A DNA stretch of 64,000 nt from Bugula neritina (taxonomy: Eukaryota; Animalia; Bryozoa), in assembly GCA_964035545.1 (NCBI GenBank), contig OZ037766.1, positions 24,234,126 through 24,298,125 on the forward strand. Direction: 5' to 3'. The notes under the pieces are model-generated. The model did no database searches. It was not told where the DNA came from and saw only the letters and a list, made by a program, of their open reading frames with translations. Position 1 is the stretch's first letter, and each line of letters begins with the position of its first letter. A program made the position numbers and the translations under genes. Below, piece by piece: positions 61,862 through 64,000 of this stretch.

Positions 61862-63867
61862 TCAATTACTTTTAGGAGGTGAAAGTTCAAGAGATTCTAT
61901 CTCAGTCATTTGAGTTTCGTCGTCCTACAAACAGAATATATCTTTGAAAGTTATCACAGAAAATAGGAAGCTGGTGTTTACAAGGTTTTTAGCTTTAAAA
62001 ACATGACATAGTTTCAAGCTTGCAGTTTGAATTATGAATGTCTACGTAAATAAAGTTCCAAGATGAGAATTGGATACCAATGACAGTGTAACAACGCTGA
62101 GAGTACAAACTCGTTCTCCATTTAATGTTGCTAACTAACAAACGTCCTAACAATTGTCCTCTTCACTTCCCTTAACCCACCTTCCCCTCCCCCACCCTCT
62201 CTTCCCCACCCTCTCTGTCCCTCCAAATTTGTATATATGTACTGCAATCTGACATGAAAAATGTAACCAATCAGATTTCAATAAATAATTAATTAGCTCA
62301 GCCTACCATATTGTTTCTAGTTTATAGAAATGCAGTTTGTCCTAATTTATTCTAGTCTTTATATAACTACATGTTTTTAATATTAAACTAAACTAAAGTT
62401 TTAAAATAAAAAACTAGTGAGAAAGCTGCAAATACACACTCACATCTCCAAAATATTGACGGTCAATTGAAACGTTGGAAGCCCAAGCCTTAGCTCCCAC
62501 ATAATGTGGCCCGTTTGCTGGTGTTTCCTCATAAATGAGCTCTCTTTTTCGATCGGATGGCTTTACTCGAGGAATTTTCTAAAATAAATTTCAACAGACA
62601 CTAATGATTTTATCGAGCAAGTATAACATTTGATAGACATACAGTAATATTAGCAGTATAAACTATTATTTCAGGATCACTTCCTAAGTGCTGTCATGTT
62701 GAGTAATAAGAATAAGATATTTTGCTCCTTTTCGTCATTGATTAATAATATTTTGCTTATAGATTTATAGTGTATAGATTACAACATCTCGCAGAACTGA
62801 TATATACTATTTGTGCGTGCATGCGGTGTGGTGTGTGTGTGTGTCAATGTATAAGTAAACTTATAATACTCAAACTCCCACAAGTTTATAGTCGCTACCC
62901 CAGTAAGAAAGCCTCTGTTGGTTTCTGGTAAATCGGGCTAATGACTTATTAAGATGAGGCACAGGAGCAATTATGACTAGATGCTCTTGCTGACATCACC
63001 AACGGCCTTTGTTTGGACTTGAACCCATGATTTTCGTGTTTACCAGGCAAACTATCTAACCCCTAGACCCAGGCTGCTCCCCCTTATATTTAAAGTATAC
63101 TTTACTATATTATTTATAAACTACATACCACATCCACATTACCAGAAAACAGTTTGCTAATTCTGGTGCTGTTGGCTTGCTCCAGATCAAACATAGCCAC
63201 ATTATAACTGTTCTTCCGAGATCCACTGCCTTCTGTAAACAACATTGAATGTATTATGTTAAATTTATATCAGCATTATTCTTAAATGGTAATAATGGTA
63301 TGAAGCAAAAGTAAGCCTATAAGCAACACTAAAGCAGTGAAATGTGTTAAAACTGATGTAATTTTTACTAAAATTTAGACTAATATGTTATATAATATTT
63401 CATATTCGATTTCTAAAGCTAGCACCAATGACCTATACTTTAAACTCAGTATAATTTGAAAAAAAAACTTATTTTTGCAAAATCTTTGCAATAAAAATGT
63501 TTAAAATATTGACAGAAATTACTATGGTTATTTAACTTTATCAATTATATACTTAGAGTACAGTAATATGCACTGGTGTATTTGTCATGTATGCTTTTTT
63601 CTCTATTTGATCTATCAGAACTTTGCCTTTCAAGCACACACTAGTTATTGCACTGCAAAGCACACTGGTGCAGATTTATGTTCTGAATGATAGTATTTAT
63701 TGTAAATAATATAACGGCACTTACTAGTATTGTATCTTCTCTGGCAGCACACAACTCCAATTACAATCACTAGTAATCCAAAGCAAATGCTGCCTCCAAT
63801 AACAGCAGCTAGTATTGGAGAATCCATTTCCTTACAATCCGCACCTTTCCACCCATATGGACATTTT
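61862..63867 (-). CDS. Membrane mucin-family paralog C, C-terminal four exons (5' part beyond window)
   Basis: Exons 63867-63725 (KCPYGWKGADCKEMDSPILAAVIGG TM), 63232-63129, 62578-62444 (KIPR...ETPANGPHYVGAKAW), 61924-61862 (...LSPPKSN*); homologous to paralogs A and B. Confidence 0.82.
62810..63083 (-). mobile_element. tRNA-derived SINE with (CA)n tail
   Basis: Minus strand: GGGGAGCAGCCTGGGTCTAGGGGTTAG...GGTTCAAGTCC head, GGTGATGTCAGCAAGAGCATC body, CA-repeat tail. Confidence 0.65.
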
Positions 63868-64000
63868 CTACATACAAAATTTTTGTATTAACATAGAACT
63901 CAATGTGGAATATTTACAGTAAACTACATATATGAGCTTTTTTGTTCAGATATTATAGATAGTTCAAATATACAATTAACAACACTCTATGAACTAACGA

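Overview
AT-rich, intron-containing eukaryotic DNA, most likely from an invertebrate metazoan. From left to right: (i) the 3' end (pol tail, PPT, 3' LTR) of a Ty3/Gypsy retrotransposon and a diverged solo LTR of the same lineage; (ii) a three-exon IFI6/IFI27(ISG12)-like gene that appears to lie in an intron of an opposite-strand CNBD2-like gene; (iii) two complete minus-strand paralogous genes for type I membrane proteins (signal peptide, EGF, cbEGF, mucin repeat, furin-site domain, two-Cys 'half-EGF', TM, cytoplasmic tail), with the 3' end of a third paralog at the right edge; all three share a cytoplasmic motif TPAxGP[QH][FY]xxxKAW that I do not recognise; (iv) EXOSC8 and ACP1 in divergent orientation, separated by a very young full-length Gypsy element (306-bp LTRs with 1 mismatch, GTAT TSD, tRNA-Leu PBS). 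That element has a clear -1 frameshift cassette and an extra non-env ORF encoding C2H2-type zinc fingers. MITEs, a Kolobok-like element, a Penelope-like fragment, tRNA-derived SINEs and tandem repeats fill the introns. All exon models were assembled by eye from GT-AG sites and phase compatibility; no database searches were run.
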